A stretch of 64,000 nt of DNA from assembly GCF_001194135.2 (NCBI RefSeq), contig NC_068998.1, positions 44,216,174-44,280,173 on the forward strand, in the 5' to 3' direction. Below the pieces are notes generated by a model that was given only the letters and a program-made list of their open reading frames with translations, was not told where the DNA came from and made no database searches. Both the position numbers and the translations under genes were made by a program. Shown in pieces: positions 37,714 through 52,825 of the stretch. Position 1 is the stretch's first letter, and each line of letters begins with the position of its first letter. The DNA comes from Octopus bimaculoides (taxonomy: Eukaryota).

Positions 37714-39398
37714 GCAAATGATCCACAGACCAGTACTAGTCTACAGCCTAGTGGTTGGGACCTCTGTTATAGAAGACAGGAACATTGCCCTTTTCCTCTT
37801 GACTAGGCCTTAAAAAAAAATGCAAACAAAATTACAAACGAACAGGTATACACAGAACCCATGCATTTTAACTAAATATATGCAAAATATTAAAAGTATG
37901 GCCATATATGAACAAGCAAAATGATAAATGAAAAATATATATATATAAAGAATATAAATTGTTAAGCATGTGAAATCTGTAAATCTGTTGCAAAGTTAGA
38001 AACAATATAAATGGTGGAACAAAATGGTCTGACAATTTAAGCTCATGCAGTGTGTTTCATTGGCTCAAAAGACTTTGATATTATTTATAAAATTTATGTT
38101 GTTTGAAGCAGAATGAAGATGAGGAGGGAGAGGAGAAAACAGAGATAAAAATCAATGGATTTTAATAAAAGAAGTAAAAATTTCCTGGTGTTTTTCAAAT
38201 TTTCTTTCTCACTTTCTCTCCTTTTAATCTCTCCACTTTGCTCCTTTTTCACTGCTTCTTCTTCTTCTCTATCTTTCCTTTTGTCTACTCACTGGTATCC
38301 CCATCCAGCCCATTCTCTCCCAAGGAAATATATTTTTATGACAAAGAAAAATTTATGAATGCAAAATGGAGGCAAGATGAATATTTAGTTTGCTCTCTGG
38401 TTGTTGCAGGTTATTTATTTCTTTTTTTGTTGTTGTTGGTTTTCCTGTTGATGTAGAAAATTTCCAGAGAATCAATGTTTAAGTCACTTCTTCCAATTTT
38501 GTCTCAATTTTAATGTAAGGTTTGTAAATAGGATTGAAAGAAACAAAAGAAATTATATAGATGAAGACCTTTGTGTGATGATGGTGGTAGTGATGGTAGA
38601 GGTGAGTGTTAAGGATTTCCGCCAGTTTTCATCTTTTTACTCTCTCTCACTCTCATTTATGCTTCCTCTTTTCTATATTTTCACACCTTTTTATATCTGT
38701 GTGTATATATATAAATATATATATATATGTCTCTCCCTCTCTTTCTTTCTGTATATATATATATATATANNNNNNNNNNNNNNNNNNNNNNNNNNNNNNN
38801 NNNNNNNNNNNNNNNNNNNNNNNNNNNNNNNNNNNNNNNNNNNNNNNNNNNNNNNNNNNNNNNNNNNNNNNNNNNNNNNNNNNNNNNNNNNNNNNNNNNN
38901 NNNNNNNNNNNNNNNNNNNNNNNNNNNNNNNNNNNNNNNNNNNNNNNNNNNNNNNNNNNNNNNNNNNNNNNNNNNNNNNNNNNNNNNNNNNNNNNNNNNN
39001 NNNNNNNNNNNNNNNNNNNNNNNNNNNNNNNNNNNNNNNNNNNNNNNNNNNNNNNNNNNNNNNNNNNNNNNNNNNNNNNNNNNNNNNNNNNNNNNNNNNN
39101 NNNNNNNNNNNNNNNNNNNNNNNNNNNNNNNNNNNNNNNNNNNNNNNNNNNNNNNNNNNNNNNNNNNNNNNNNNNNNNNNNNNNNNNNNNNNNNNNNNNN
39201 NNNNNNNNNNNNNNNNNNNNNNNNNNNNNNNNNNNNNNNNNNNNNNNNNNNNNNNNNNNNNNNNNNNNNNNNNNNNNNNNNNNNNNNNNNNNNNNNNNNN
39301 NNNNNNNNNNNNNNNNNNNNNNNNNNNNNNNNNNNNNNNNNNNNNNNNNNNNNNNNNNNNNNNNNNNNNNNNNNNNNNNNNNNNNNNNNNNNNNNNNN

Positions 39399-39487
<89 letters not shown>

Positions 39488-39866
39488 TACACATACATAC
39501 ATACAAAGAAATATATATGTATATATATGTGTGGGTGTATTTATATATAAATGTGTGTGTGTGTGCACACACACACACACAATCACTCACACATACAATT
39601 ATTTTATTTGTCCTTTGGAAATGGGTATGTCTCAATAGCATGTACCAAGCTTCTTTACTCGTTTCAGGTATCCATTCTTATGTGTGCAGACATAGACACC
39701 ATCTTTGTCTGATTCGTGGGAGAGGAATCTGCTTCAGTGTTCAACTTGTACTTTATTTGCCATAAATGAACAAAGGGCAAATTGAACATCGGTGACATTT
39801 GAAATAAGAGCATACAGAGCTAAAATGAATATGAATATTGTAACAGATTTTGTGTGATACTCTAGC

Positions 39867-39911
<45 letters not shown>

Positions 39912-39935
39912 CACACACACACACACACACATATA

Positions 39936-39997
<62 letters not shown>

Positions 39998-40160
39998 TAA
40001 ACAAAGCAAAAAATGGAACAAGAACATAACAGGCAACAACAAAACATATATATATATATATATATATGTATACAATTTAAATATAGGATAAAATCTTTAT
40101 GAGAATTTATCAAGTAGTTAGCATGAAAAACCTCATAAGGGAAAAATTTATTAATTATTC

Positions 40161-40192
<32 letters not shown>

Positions 40193-40257
40193 AAGGGCAT
40201 TACTACACATAAATGCCTCACACTAGGAGGGACTCCTTAAAGTCAAACCTACCAATA

Positions 40258-40288
<31 letters not shown>

Positions 40289-41284
40289 GTATATATAAAT
40301 ACATGTGTGTCAGATATTGAAGTGATTGCAAAGCAACATGAAATTTGCTCAGGAATACAATGCATTCCCAGGTCAGAAATCAAAACCTTAATCTATCTGC
40401 GCACGTTGTTCAGCATATTTGTCTCATTTACAAATAATCTTCATCGTAATCTTCTCAGCCTCTGTACATCTCCCAGATTCAAAGATAGTTTTCTTATTAA
40501 CATGTAGATTCACTCTTCTTTAACAGGATTCATATAGTGTGGCAGTTATTGACAGAGAAAGCCCTTGAGGCTAACAAATTCAACACACACTGATCCTCTA
40601 ATGCATACTGTGTTTATAGATGTATATATGCATACTTTATGTGCAGATTGACGTTTGCTTATCTGTGTATGAATGCATAGATCCATATTATCATATACAC
40701 AATAGCAAGCACAAACACACATATAATGTTTCTTATCCATAAATCAGTTAGTAAAATACATATGCTAATATAATCAGCACCGAACTTTAAAAAAATAGCA
40801 AAAAAAAAAAAAATCAGGCAATATAATTATAGAATTTGGCAAGTAAAAAAAGAACTGACTCTTTGGTTTAAATCCAGGAAGAGAATTAAGAAAATATATT
40901 AAGAGAGGGGGGAAAACTGAGAAAAGATGTAAATTAGATTAATTTAATTTAGTTAAAAAGATTTTTTTCGTTTGTGTGCGTCTGTGTTTTCTTGTTTGTG
41001 CATGCATATGTGTGCATATATATGTGTGCATGCATATGCGTGCATTTGATAAAAGCTTTAAGAAATAAGAAAATGTTTTGTGTCAAGCATGGCTTTTTCA
41101 TTTCTTTGATTTGAGAGCAAGAATATGTTGTGAATGTTGTCCTAATGAAAGAATTTGTCGATAATCAAAGCATGAGTCAAATTTACACATGACTTGAAAG
41201 ATGTTTTAGATCAGATAATTTAGGAAATTTGATTGATTTGCTAAGAAACAAATGAAATCTATCTAACATTGAAATTAATATTGA

Positions 41285-41460
41285 TTTCTGATATAGGCAC
41301 AGGTCCTCAAATTTTAAGGAAAGCATAAAGTTAAATGCCAGAAGCAAGACTGGGAGAATGGCTTTGGTAGGATTTGAACTCAGAACATAAAATGCCATAA
41401 ATGAATACAGCTAAGCATTTTGTAGTCTGTTGCCTGAACAGTTTTGCAGATCTGCTCCTT
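41285..41460 (-). mobile_element. SINE family A copy (diverged)
   Basis: AGGCACAGG...GGATTTGAACTCAGAAC...CTAAGCATTT. Confidence 0.65.
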
Positions 41461-41504
41461 AAAAATATTTTTATTAAATTAATTTATATTTTTAACTATT
41501 TTTT

Positions 41505-41815
41505 TTTTCCAGTCATTAGACTGCATCCACCTTGGGGCACTACCTTGAAGAATTTTAGTTGAACGAACTGACCCAAGTATTTTTCTTTTTTTAGCCTGGT
41601 ACTTATTCTGTCAGTTCCTTTTGCTGAACCACTAGGTTATACCAACACTAGTTGTCAAGCGGTAGTTGGGGACAGACACACACATACACACACATCATGG
41701 CACTCTGTCAGTTACGACAAGGCTGTAATAGAAGACACTTGCCCAGAGTGCCATGCAGTGGGACTGAACCCAGAACCATGTAGTTGGGTAGCAAACTTCT
41801 TCCCGCAGAGCCACA
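41505..41815 (-). mobile_element. SINE family B copy with internal deletion
   Basis: CAGTCATTAGACTGC...GGTACTTATTC...GAAGACACTTGCCC...GGGACTGAACCC. Confidence 0.75.
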
Positions 41816-42264
41816 TTCTTACTGTCTTTTCCAATACTATGGTAAAGCAGTTAGTATTTTTCTTTCTGATGACTATCAGAGATATCTGAAATGTGCCTCT
41901 CCTGTGGTTTGCTTGCTAGATATATTGAAGCAAATGCACCAACAGATTTTGTTGATTCAATCAACCACATTTCTGTGATATCGAATGCAAAACTTTTACC
42001 TTTGAAGCATTTATAGTTCAGTGTTTTGAACTTTATACAATTTGTATCACTCTATAAACGTCATTATTCATTCTTTGATTTGTTAGACTCTTCATTAATA
42101 AACATGTTTGTCTAAATTTGTATGGTATACGTGAAAGTGTGAATGAATTTGGTAGACAGACACTGTGCAGAAGCCCGTTCTGTTTGTGAATGCATGTGTG
42201 TGTGTGTGTGTATGTATGTACGCATATATATTTTTTATTCTGTTATTCTTTTACTTGTTTCTGT

Positions 42265-42790
42265 CATGCAGGAGCACTGCCTTAAAGGCTTTTTTTAGTC
42301 GAAGAAATCGAACCCAGGACTTATTCTTTGTAAGCCTAGTACTTATTCTAGCTGTCTCTTTCGCAGAATCACTAAGCTATGGGACATAAACAAACCAACA
42401 TCAGTTATCAAGTGGGGGGGGGGCACAGACATAGGCACAAAGACACACTCACATAAATATACACATATATATCATCATCATCATCATTTAATGCCCACCT
42501 TCCATGCAGGCATGGGTTGGACGGTTTGACAGGAGCCGACCAGGTAGAGGACTATCCCAGCCTACTGTGTCTGTTTTGGCAGGGTTTTTACAGCTGGATT
42601 CCCTTCCTAACACAAACCACTCCACAGAGTGGACCAAGTGCTTTTTACGTGGCACCAGTACAGCTAAGATCAGTTTTGGCATGGCTTTTACAGTTGGATT
42701 CCCTTCTAAATGCCAACCACTTTACAGTGGTGACTGGATGCATCTTTTGTGGCACCATCACCAGCAGAGTCACTGTGGATATTTTTTAGA
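42265..42790 (-). mobile_element. SINE family B 3' half (42265-42440) followed by family C (42476-42790)
   Basis: CTAGTACTTATTCTAGCTGTCTC block, then TCATCATTTAATGCCCACCTTCCATGCAGGCATGGGTTGGACG. Confidence 0.75.
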
Positions 42791-42989
42791 TGTGTGCAAG
42801 CAGAACTTCAAATGATAAAATAAAATTGAATAAGAAAAACAAAAAAAACAAAAATAATAACCTGGTCCCCATATAATGACATCTGTTAGTCTTGTAAAGT
42901 CACAAATCTACACCTGAAAAATCTTACTCTTGATTATCCTGGATGAGCAGTATCAGATGTGATTGAAGAGACTCAGGAGTGGTTGTTCA

Positions 42990-43490
42990 GGCTGTACTGA
43001 GTTCATTTGAAAGTATTGTATGTAAGTTCTGGATGGTGCTGGCCTAGTAAGGTTGTATGTAGTTGTCCATACAGCAAATCACCCTTCTCTACACCACAGA
43101 TGTTATCCAGGGCAATGGTAAAGGTTCATAGAGTTTGGTGCCAGTGGCATTGCCAGAATGAAGTTAAAAACATCAGACTGCTTTAGCTACCTTTGCTCTG
43201 GACTTATCCTTAGGGTTTACTTCTAAAATCTTCCCGTAAGTAAAAAAATGTAACCTTACCTTCTCAAGGCATACCAACTCATAAGGGCCAGTTTCACAGT
43301 TTCCATGACATCTATATTCCCAGCCTGAACAGGACATTAGTCTGTTGCAAGATTACTCATTTATCCAGCTGAGTGAAATGAAGTGTTTTGCTCAAGAACA
43401 CAATGCTTCACTCAGTCCAGGAATCAAAATCACAATACTGCAACCATGAGTCCAACACCCTAACCACTAGGCCACATGCCTTCCCATCAC
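42990..43490 (-). mobile_element. SINE family D copy or copies
   Basis: GTGTTTTGCTCAAGAACACAATGC...GGAATCAAAATC...CTAACCACTAGGCCACATGCC, the reverse of the family D head. Confidence 0.6.
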
Positions 43491-45477
43491 TAGATATGGC
43501 TGCAAGACAATGAACAGCAGTAAGGGCTACTATATTATCCTAACCTGGCAAGTTCTATTTTCACCTGAATCACTAGTTTTATGATATCAGCACCAGCACC
43601 CATCTTTGTCTTTCTCTCATTAGTAAAAAATAGTCCCATTGGACTTAGATGCTAAGGCACACAAGAAGATCTGTAGATGAACTTAGTTGTTAGAGTTTGT
43701 ATGAGAGGTGACCATGAAGATAACATTTTTTTTATAGAGGGAGCTTGGACCTTGTCCCAACTACTGCTGTTTAGGAAATCTAGCCTGAATTCTCTAAACA
43801 ATGGATTTTACTGAAGGTGCTCAAAGACCAGGTGATAGATTAGGATTTAAGATTTTACTGTAAATTACATGTACAAACGTTAGAGACAAAAAATGAACAG
43901 GAACTGGTACACTACAAAATTCCAATGGACTATCCAGTTAGCTATCTATAAACTCTTAAGGAATGTTGAGGGGGAGACAGGAGGACAAAGTAAAGTAGTG
44001 AGATAATTACGATGAGCAGGGGAGAGAGAGTGATGGGGGAACTAAATAAGTGAGATATAGCTAGATTAATATATCAATATATGGATTGATAGATAGTTTC
44101 ATAAATCGATGGATGGATGAGTGGACGGTGAGGTGGGAGGTTTGTATGGATAGAGGGAGGCTTGAATTAAGATTCTCAAGTAGTCATGAAATCAATAAAA
44201 AGTGGAAAAATCCAACAACTTCAAGTATTCTGGACTCCACTTTGATATCATTCTCACAACCAGCTCCACCACCACTACCAACCACATCATCGTCATCATC
44301 ATCGCATTCACTCACTGTTAGTTTTAGCATTAGCTTTGTTGTTTGTTTTGTTGTTATTATGTGTGTGTATAAGGTATAAATGTATGTCTATTTAAGTGAA
44401 TTCACATTTAACTCTGTGTGTGTGTGTGTGTGTGGTTGAGTGCAATTATGTGTCAGTGTGTTTGTTGTGTATCAGTACATATTTGTTTGTTTGTGTAAAT
44501 GAAACCACATTTGGTGTCTTGTTCATGTCCAGTTATGCATTTCTGTGAAATTCCTCTTGTAACTAATGTGGGGAAGAAAAATATAAGATAAGATCAATAT
44601 ATTTGTTGTATTGTGAGAAGACAGAGATACTACATCTTTTAACTGTCCCTTAGACTGTAAGGGAAAGAATCATGATTGGACTGGATTAATCTAGCCACCA
44701 GAGGATATTGATATGTATGTGTTTGTATTTCTGACATAGTAGGAGAAAGGAAAGCAGTACCTTCATGTTATAGTCACACACATACAAACACATGCATGTA
44801 CATTTGCAATCGTACTGATAAATAACAAGGAAACAAAACAAAAAAAGAAAATATTTTTAAAATGTAAAAATAGTGCATATTACTTGTTTCAAAAATTTAC
44901 TGGAAAATATTTAAAAATATATTTGTAGAACATTCAAAAACGGGAAAAGTATTTAAAACTAACAGCAGCCACATCCCCTTTTAGCAAATAGTTAAAAATA
45001 TAAATCTTACAAAGTTTTTGGGCTAAATGTTGTTGATGCTGTGAACTGTTGATCAATCAGACCTAAGATCAAATGAGCTCCAACTGTGACCATCCTGACT
45101 TTTTAAAAAATTTCTAGGAATACTTTGTCCTTCGCATTTTTAAAATGTTAGGGTATGATTTGAATGAGATTTGGTTATTATTTCTAGCAGTCTCAGTTAA
45201 CACATTCAGATTGCACTGTTGTTGTTGTTGTTGTTGTTTGATCTGAGATCATCTCGTGAAACAGATCTGCAGTCTCTTTTTGTATGTCCATTTGTATCAT
45301 TCCTGACTTAAGTCAGTAGAAACTGACTTGATAGTGTTTGACTGTTATGACTAGCACATCGAATGAATACTTAGGGTTTGAATCATAGTGTTATTACAGA
45401 TGATGGCAAAGGTGACGTTCTTGGTGGTAGTACTGCTGCTGCTGCCCCAGATCAGCTCTGATTGAATAGACTTATTA

Positions 45478-45668
45478 GTTTCAAATTTTGACACAAAGCT
45501 ACCAAGTTCAGGAGAGGTGGTTAAGTCAATTACATTGACCCCAGTACTCAACTGGTACTTATTTTATTGACTCTGAAAATATGAAAGGTAAAGTTGACCC
45601 TGGTGGCATTTGAACTCAGAATTCTGCTAAGCATTTATCACACCATAGCATTCTGCCAGCTCACTATC
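45478..45668 (-). mobile_element. SINE family A copy
   Basis: TTTCAAATTTTGACACAA...CCCCAGTACTCAACTGGTACTT...CTGCCAGCTCAC. Confidence 0.8.
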
Positions 45669-46149
45669 TTGAATAGGTTTAATATTAAAAAGGGTTCCTA
45701 AGCATGACAGCTACATCTTTTTGTGTATTAGGATGTCTTTATTTAATCCTTTTAATATTAACCAGCCTGAAACTATTTATGGTTCTGTAATAGAAATTTC
45801 CTGTTTTAATGTGATCTAAATTAAAAATCTATCAAAATTCCATGTTAATTTATATTATACTCAGCAGTTTAATAACGACATTATTTTAATTTCTCCATTA
45901 TTTTAAAAATTAAATTAAAGGCTGTGTGTTTCAACAGAAATATGCTTGCAAAACAGTTAAGATATTAGTTTGTGATTTGAAAGAAATTTGTCTGTCACCT
46001 CTCACAAGCTAAGCGACCACATATAGAAGCCCTCTCATTGGTACATGTTCAACGTGGCTGTGTGGTAAGAAGTTTGCTTCCCAACTACATGGTTACAGGT
46101 TTAATCCCACTGTGTGGCACCATGGGCAAAGTGCCTTAGGCTCAATTCA

Positions 46150-46650
46150 GATGGCTATTTATGCTGCTGGAGTCCGTGGTCAAAATCTGATCAGAGAGGG
46201 TTGCTGCTGGAAAGTCATGTGTGGGGCAGCAGGATTTGACTCCTTGTCTTAACCCTCTGGAAAGAGTCAGAAGAGGTTGTTGGAGAATTTCTACAACTTT
46301 ACCAGCCCCCAATCTCTAGCCTCTTCTTTCTCCTAATTGTAATTCCATGGTGTAGGGTGAGGTTAAGAAAGACACCATCTGCTCTATCTGCAACACCAAG
46401 CTGAGCTGGTAGCCAAAGAGATATTTGAAGATCTTCCCAGGAATACAGTGAGGAAAGCATGTGACAGGTTCTGAAGCTGTCTTGAGGCTATGGTGGAAGC
46501 TAAGGGTGGCTACTTTGAGAAAACTGTTACATCTCCCACCTATCATCTTGTTGATATTTTTTGACTTTTTAAAATACTTTTATTTTTGGATGGGATTATA
46601 TGTTTTCTGTTCCTTTTATGCAAACTATCAAAGTTAGCCCAAAATCCCTA
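46150..46650 (+). pseudogene. Second Tc1/mariner transposase remnant, heavily frameshifted
   Basis: 46418-46519 reads EIFEDLPRNTVRKACDRF*SCLEAMVEAKGGYFE, homologous to the C-terminus at 37345-37410; upstream QQD- and SPNCN-like motifs. Confidence 0.8.
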
Positions 46651-48944
46651 GTTTCCAGTTATGTTCCAAACACCAGCTTGATCTTGACAAAGTTATTTTA
46701 ATATATTTATTATTCTCAAAATTAATTGAAATAAAGGCAGTGTAGTGCAGTATTCCAACAGAAATATGGTAACCAAAGGGTTAAACACCATCATTGGGGT
46801 CTTTTTATTTAGTGTTATCTCTCCAGAACCAAAGATCTGTTCAGGTTTGGTCTTCTAAGAACAACTCCGTTTCATCCTCTCATTAGTTTTGGAGTCCCTG
46901 ACAATCTGCTGACCTTCGTCGTCTGACTAAGCCACTAACAGCAAAAAGAAACATCATGTATAAATATGCAACAACAAACAGCAAAAATGACAATCAGTGA
47001 CAACAACAGCAACAATAAACATCACCATATGTTAACAATTCCTGTATTTGTAGTTCAAATGTAAAAATAATATTAGAAGGAAATTTTAAAAAAAATAAAT
47101 CAGTGAATGTTAAGAAAATATAAATAAAACTATTTGAAAGCAATTTTAAATCAAAGACTGATATCTTATTTGTATTGTAAGATAAAGAAATGCATGTGCT
47201 TGTGTGTATGAATACACAGTCACATGTGTGAATGTATGTTTATATATGAGTGTGTATGCCTGTTTGTGAGTTTATTGATTTTTGATGGGAAGTGTATCCT
47301 ATATGTAGAGCATGTAAGAGTGATTGTATGTGTATGTATTCAACATATACACATAAAAATGGAGGGTACTTTTCTTCCTTCTCTCTCTCTCTCCTCTGAT
47401 TATTTGCTCACCATCCCTCTAAATTACATAGAACCAATCTTAAATAAATATCTTGAGGAATCTTGATGGATTCTTTCATTTATCAACAAACTTTTATTTT
47501 TTGTAAAAACAGAAAATCTTTGTGTCAGTGATTTAACTCATTGAGAATTATTCATTAATACAATAAACACAGTTCCAGAGTAACATGCTTCCATACTTCT
47601 ATATTTCCATACTTCCACACTTCTATATTTCCATACTTCCACCCATTTCTTACATCTACTTTAATCTTTTATTGGTTTTTGTCATTTTGGTTATGTTCCA
47701 TGCTGGGTGATATCCATGGGTTAAAGATACAAATATCAAGAGATCATTTACAAATTGTTTCTTTTTTATTATAATTCTGTTTTCACAATATTTATGTTAC
47801 AGAAACATGTCTCAGCCTTGCTTTCAGATGACTAATATTTCAAGACCCATTCTCTCTAAATGTAAATTTCACATTAATTCAAATAAGCATTCATAAAAAT
47901 TACCTTCTCTTTCTAATTTCCCCTGTTTTAAATATAAACTTATATTTCAAAACTTATAGTTATGTGTAAAAGAAATTTGCTTTACTTTCATACAGCTCTC
48001 TGTTTGATGTTTGATTCTACTGAGTAAAATTGGTAAACAGAAACTATAGAGAAGCCCACTGTACATATATATATANNNNNNNNNNNNNNNNNNNNNNNNN
48101 NNATATCTACATTTCAGTCAACTATCCATTTCAGTCAAAGGATATAGTAGTTCTATAAGCACTATGTATCCTTGTTTTTAAAAAGCTCGTTCAGTGTAAT
48201 TTGATATGTCTGTCATAATCAACATTTCCCTACTATGTCTATCAAGTAACCTGGTTAATTATTACTTAAGATGTTACTCAAATCAAGTATTTAAAGTTTA
48301 CCTCTGTTATTATAACTGTACTGATTTGTCTTAAATTAATTTATCAGTCACTTAGTCATAGATAGATAGGTTATTCAATTAATATCTACTGGAGTTTGGG
48401 ACAAGAATTACATCTTGAATCAAATTATGATTTAATCTGCTGAACTGTTAAAATGAATTACATTAGATCCCTTTTTTCATTACAGTATATCTAACAAAAT
48501 AACACGGTTTTTATTAGAAGTTGTACCCACATTAAACATCATTCTGATTGTTATCATACTATCAACGGTTTTATGCAAATTTTTACTGTGCCATTAGTAG
48601 TTCACCTATGTTCCTCAGTTGTGTACAGCATAGCTGATTGGCAAATATATGGGAAACTGTGTTTGTATGCTGCATTCACTTTGCTTTGATTTGGAATTTT
48701 AATGTTTCATCTGTTTGTTGTGAAGAACATGTGCAGTTTGAGTTGTGCTGTTGTGTTTTGAACGGTTATTGCATAAAGTGAAAGTGAAATGTGACTTGTA
48801 TCATGATGTGTTACAGCACAAGGCAATGATTATGAACAGAATGCATTGTTTTATTTTATTGTGTGATCCTCGTGTTTAGTGCATGCTGTGTGAGTTGCAT
48901 TATATGCTTTAATATATTGTTGCACCTTCATCATTACATGACTT

Positions 48945-49255
48945 TGTAGTTAGGATATTTGGCTCATGATTGTAAGGTCGTGAGTTCAATTCCTGGTGAT
49001 GCATCGTGTCCTTGAGTAAGACACTTGATTTCATGTTGCTCCAATCCACTCACCTGGCAAAAATGAGTAGTACATGTATTTCAAAGGGCTAGCCTTGTCA
49101 CACTTTGTGTCACAATGAATTTCCCTGAGAACTATGTTAAGGGTATATGTGTCTGTGGAATGTTCAGCGACTTGCATGTTAATTTCACAAGCAGGTTGTT
49201 CCATTGATTGGATCGACTGGAACCCTTACATTGGAAATGACAGAGTCCTAGTGTC
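48945..49255 (+). mobile_element. SINE family D copy
   Basis: GGCTCATGATTGTAAGGTCGTGAGTTCAATTCC head; CCTTGAGTAAGACACTTG CORE-like block. Confidence 0.8.
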
Positions 49256-49692
49256 GTTATGTGACGAATGTATTACTGATAGGCTTATATGAGGCATGTA
49301 TTGGGCTCAGGCAAATTTTCCGAAATGTGAGTATGAGCGGCTCATGTTGAAAGGCTTGCTGTGAGCATATGGTCATAGTCTTGAGAACACAGCTCAGAGA
49401 ACACTGTCCTTGGTAGTCCTAGTGACCCTGTATCTGGTATTTTCTGATTTGCCTTTGGTGGATGTCCTCCTATTAGGACAACTCAGTTCATATCTTGTAT
49501 AAATTTGTTTGCCAGCACTGTTATCTTCCTGATTGATTCTGCATAATTTACCTCCTACACACAAAAACATATACACATGCACAATTTTTGTAATTTGTCC
49601 TAATATCCTTCTAAACTTTTTTTCCTTTGTGAAAAATAGAAGCAATAATAATAACAGCAGCAACAACAACAATAATAATAATATCCTTTCTA

Positions 49693-50060
49693 CTAAAGAC
49701 GCAAAGCCTGAAATTTGATGGGAGGGAACTGGTTGATTATATTCACTTCAGTGTTTTACTGGTTTTTAATTTATCAATCATCAAAGGATAAAAGCAAAGT
49801 CGACCTCGGTGGAATTTGAACTCAGAACATAAAGACTGACGAAATGCTGTTAAGCATTTAGCCAAACATGCTAACAATTCTGCCAGCTCACTACTTTAAT
49901 AATAATTTCAAATTTTGGCACAAGGCCAGCAATTTTAAGGGACAATAATTATTATAATAATAATAAACATTTCTAGTTTAGGCAAAAAGCTAGAAATTAT
50001 GAAGTCAGTAGAGTAAGTTGATATCAACCCCCATTACCTAACTGGTACTTTATTTCCTTT
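49693..50060 (-). mobile_element. SINE family A copy (49693-49892) plus two 3' stubs
   Basis: GTCGACCTCGGTGGAATTTGAACTCAGAAC core; further TTTTGGCACAAGGCC and AACTGGTACTT fragments. Confidence 0.75.
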
Positions 50061-50069
50061 TACCAACGT

Positions 50070-50367
50070 CGCCTTTCTGGCACGTGAAAAGACATTCGAG
50101 CGAGTTCGTTGCCAGTACCGCTGGACTGGCCCCTGTGCCGGTGGCATGTAAAATATACCATTTCGAGCATGGCCGTTGCCAGTACCTCCTGACTGGCCTT
50201 CGTGCCGGTGGCACGTAAAAGCACCCACTACACTCTCGGAGTGGTTGGCGTTAGGAAGGGCATCCAGCTGTAGAAACTCTGCCAAATCAGATTGGAGCCT
50301 GGTGTAGCCATCTGGTTCACCAGTCCTCAGTATCGAAAGCGGACATTAAACGATGATGATGATGATC
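50070..50367 (+). mobile_element. SINE family C copy (5' truncated)
   Basis: Close match to 11240-11519, ending AAAGCGGACATTAAACGATGATGATGAT. Confidence 0.9.
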
Positions 50368-51683
50368 TCAAAAAGATGAGAAACAAGGTTAGCCTTGATA
50401 GGATTTGAACACGAAATGTGGCAATTCATTTTTTTGCTGGTGTTCTAATGATTTGGCTCATCCATTTTCGAAAAATTTTTCTTTTCTTTTCTATTTACTT
50501 TTTAAGACAAGACAGTCTTTCTTTCCTTGCATTTGTGAGAGTCATCTTGTTCATTTTCTAATAAATTTGTTAACACTCCTTATAGCTAACTCACTCGTTA
50601 TAAATAATTCAGTGCTTTTCTTTTTATATACCTTTTCTCCTAGTTGTGTTTTTGTTTTGTTTCTGTTTTTTTTTTTTTGTTTTTCGCTTTTTTTGTGTGT
50701 GTGTGTGTGGTTTATGAGCCACGAGGGAGGTGCAGTTTTGCATTTCTGCATTTTTAAAAGAATAAAATCAAACAGATAATTAATTTTTGCAAAAAAATGT
50801 CAATAAATATTTTTATATTTTGTTACAAAGGTCATTATAAATTCTGTCAGTAAACCGTTCTTGTGTATGTATGTATGTATATATATATGTATGTGTGTGT
50901 GTATGTGTATATATATGTGTATATGTATATATATGTGCATGTATATATATATATATGTATGTATATATGTATATATGTGAGTGTGTGTGTATTAGAATCT
51001 TCTTCAGAAGCTATGATGAAATCTAAGGTTATATTGTATTTTTAAACTATGGTATAGAGACGTTATTAAAAACCAATAAATTTTTCCTGCTATTGATTTC
51101 AATAGCAAGACAGATTTTGAATAATTAATTTGTAAAGTTCTCTTAGTAAGAGGAAAACAAAAAATGAAAAATAAAATTTAAAATCTATATAGCCTTCATC
51201 ATTATCACTATCCACATTACCATCAATATTATCATCATCGCCATTAATCATCATCATCATCATTTTTTTCTATGCAGGCATGGTTTGGACAGGTCTGCAA
51301 TAGAGCATTTCTCCATCGATCTTGTTCCTGTGTCATTCCATCTGTGTGAGCCAACCAGCCTCCCCTTTCCCACATTAAAGGGAGTTAACAAGGAAGAATT
51401 ACGTTTGGAAATAGAAATTTCTTTTTTTTTTTCTTTTCTTTTTTTTTTTTTTTTTGAAANNNNNNNNNNNNNNNNNNNNNNNNNNNNNNNNNNNNNTTTT
51501 TTTTTTTTTTTTTTTTTTGAAAAAATGGACAGGAGCCATGAATACATCAGACGGGACACTATGAACCAAGGAAGAACCATCGATGCAGTCACTCAAATTC
51601 TTATAAACAGTTTAATTCCCTTGAAATTACCTCTTAATATCTTAAAAAAGGAAGACAGATACGATAATGTAGTCGTATCTATG

Positions 51684-51732
<49 letters not shown>

Positions 51733-52825
51733 ATGTGTACATATGAAGACAGGATAGACATGGCTGGAACATTTATAATAATTGGTCTGCTTGATCAAGG
51801 CTGACTTGTGCTAAACAACAAATACAGCATCAATAACAGTAGAATCAGACAGTAGAATATGTTGGTTCCAAATATATGATAATAGAATATGTTATAAGGA
51901 TGCAGAGGTAGTTTTAGAAATGTGGTAACAACAATGAAAAACTGCACAAATATAGGATCTTGAATTTTGGCATAGTAAAAATGTATGGAGCAGTTACGTA
52001 ACTATGTATATTTAGAATGGGCCAGTTTATTATTTTATTAGTGTGTCGTGTCATACGTTTGCTAAAGAACCTTCCCCTCACTGCATTATCTGTTTCTAGT
52101 TTTACTTAATTGCGATACAGGTGCATCAATTTTTTAAAAATATATTTCCTGACTTTGAGTCATCTGTCTTACCTGTTTGTCTGAATTAAACATTATTCAA
52201 CTATATCTACCTCTCCTTCATACAACCTTAAACTTGCTCGGTTAAAATTGCCATACTCATCAATGAGTTGTCACTTCACTATTTATATTATTTAGTTGAG
52301 TTAATGCTTATTTTAGTTAATGTTAATATGTTTAATATAAAGAGCATTAAAATGCTAACTAGAAATGAATAAAAACAATATTAGATAATGACTAATACTA
52401 ACAGAATTATTTCAGTAAGTACAGGAGACGTTTTCACACACATTTCATTTGTTATTATCATTTGATCAGTGGTATATAGGCTTCTTCTACATATTTACCT
52501 AAGTATTGAAGTGGGGAGGAGAGATTTGTAAGTTAATATACAAGATAGCACAATGGTCGACAGAAAAATGATATTGTTTAGAAAATAAATAACTGTGTTA
52601 TTTAATTGATAAAACAAAGCTAGTCTGCAGCAGATGTAGGAATTAGGAATCGGAGAAATGGTCATTTTAATGAATTTCAATGTATACCTAGGCGTGTATG
52701 TATAGAAAAATGTGATAATACAAAAATGTCTGAGATGCATCAAAAAATTAATTTGCATGCACTGATTTCATGACTTTTTTTTTAAATGTGGAAATGCTCA
52801 GATAATTTTAGCAAATGTCTCACAG

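Noticed and set aside
38575-39765. Longest ORFs in the track (up to 396 aa) and other X-rich ORFs
   Set aside because: Length comes from reading through N gaps.
46855-46895. Hammerhead-like CTAATGA...GAAAC on the minus strand
   Set aside because: No helix I and only a 1-bp helix II; expected by chance.
49283-49326. Extra upstream exon AYMRHVLGSGKFSEM, in phase with 52826
   Set aside because: GTGAGT donor, but a weak acceptor directly abutting a SINE tail; could be chance.
51420-51530. Repeated poly-T-GAAA on both sides of a gap
   Set aside because: Probably unmerged overlapping contig ends, not a biological repeat.
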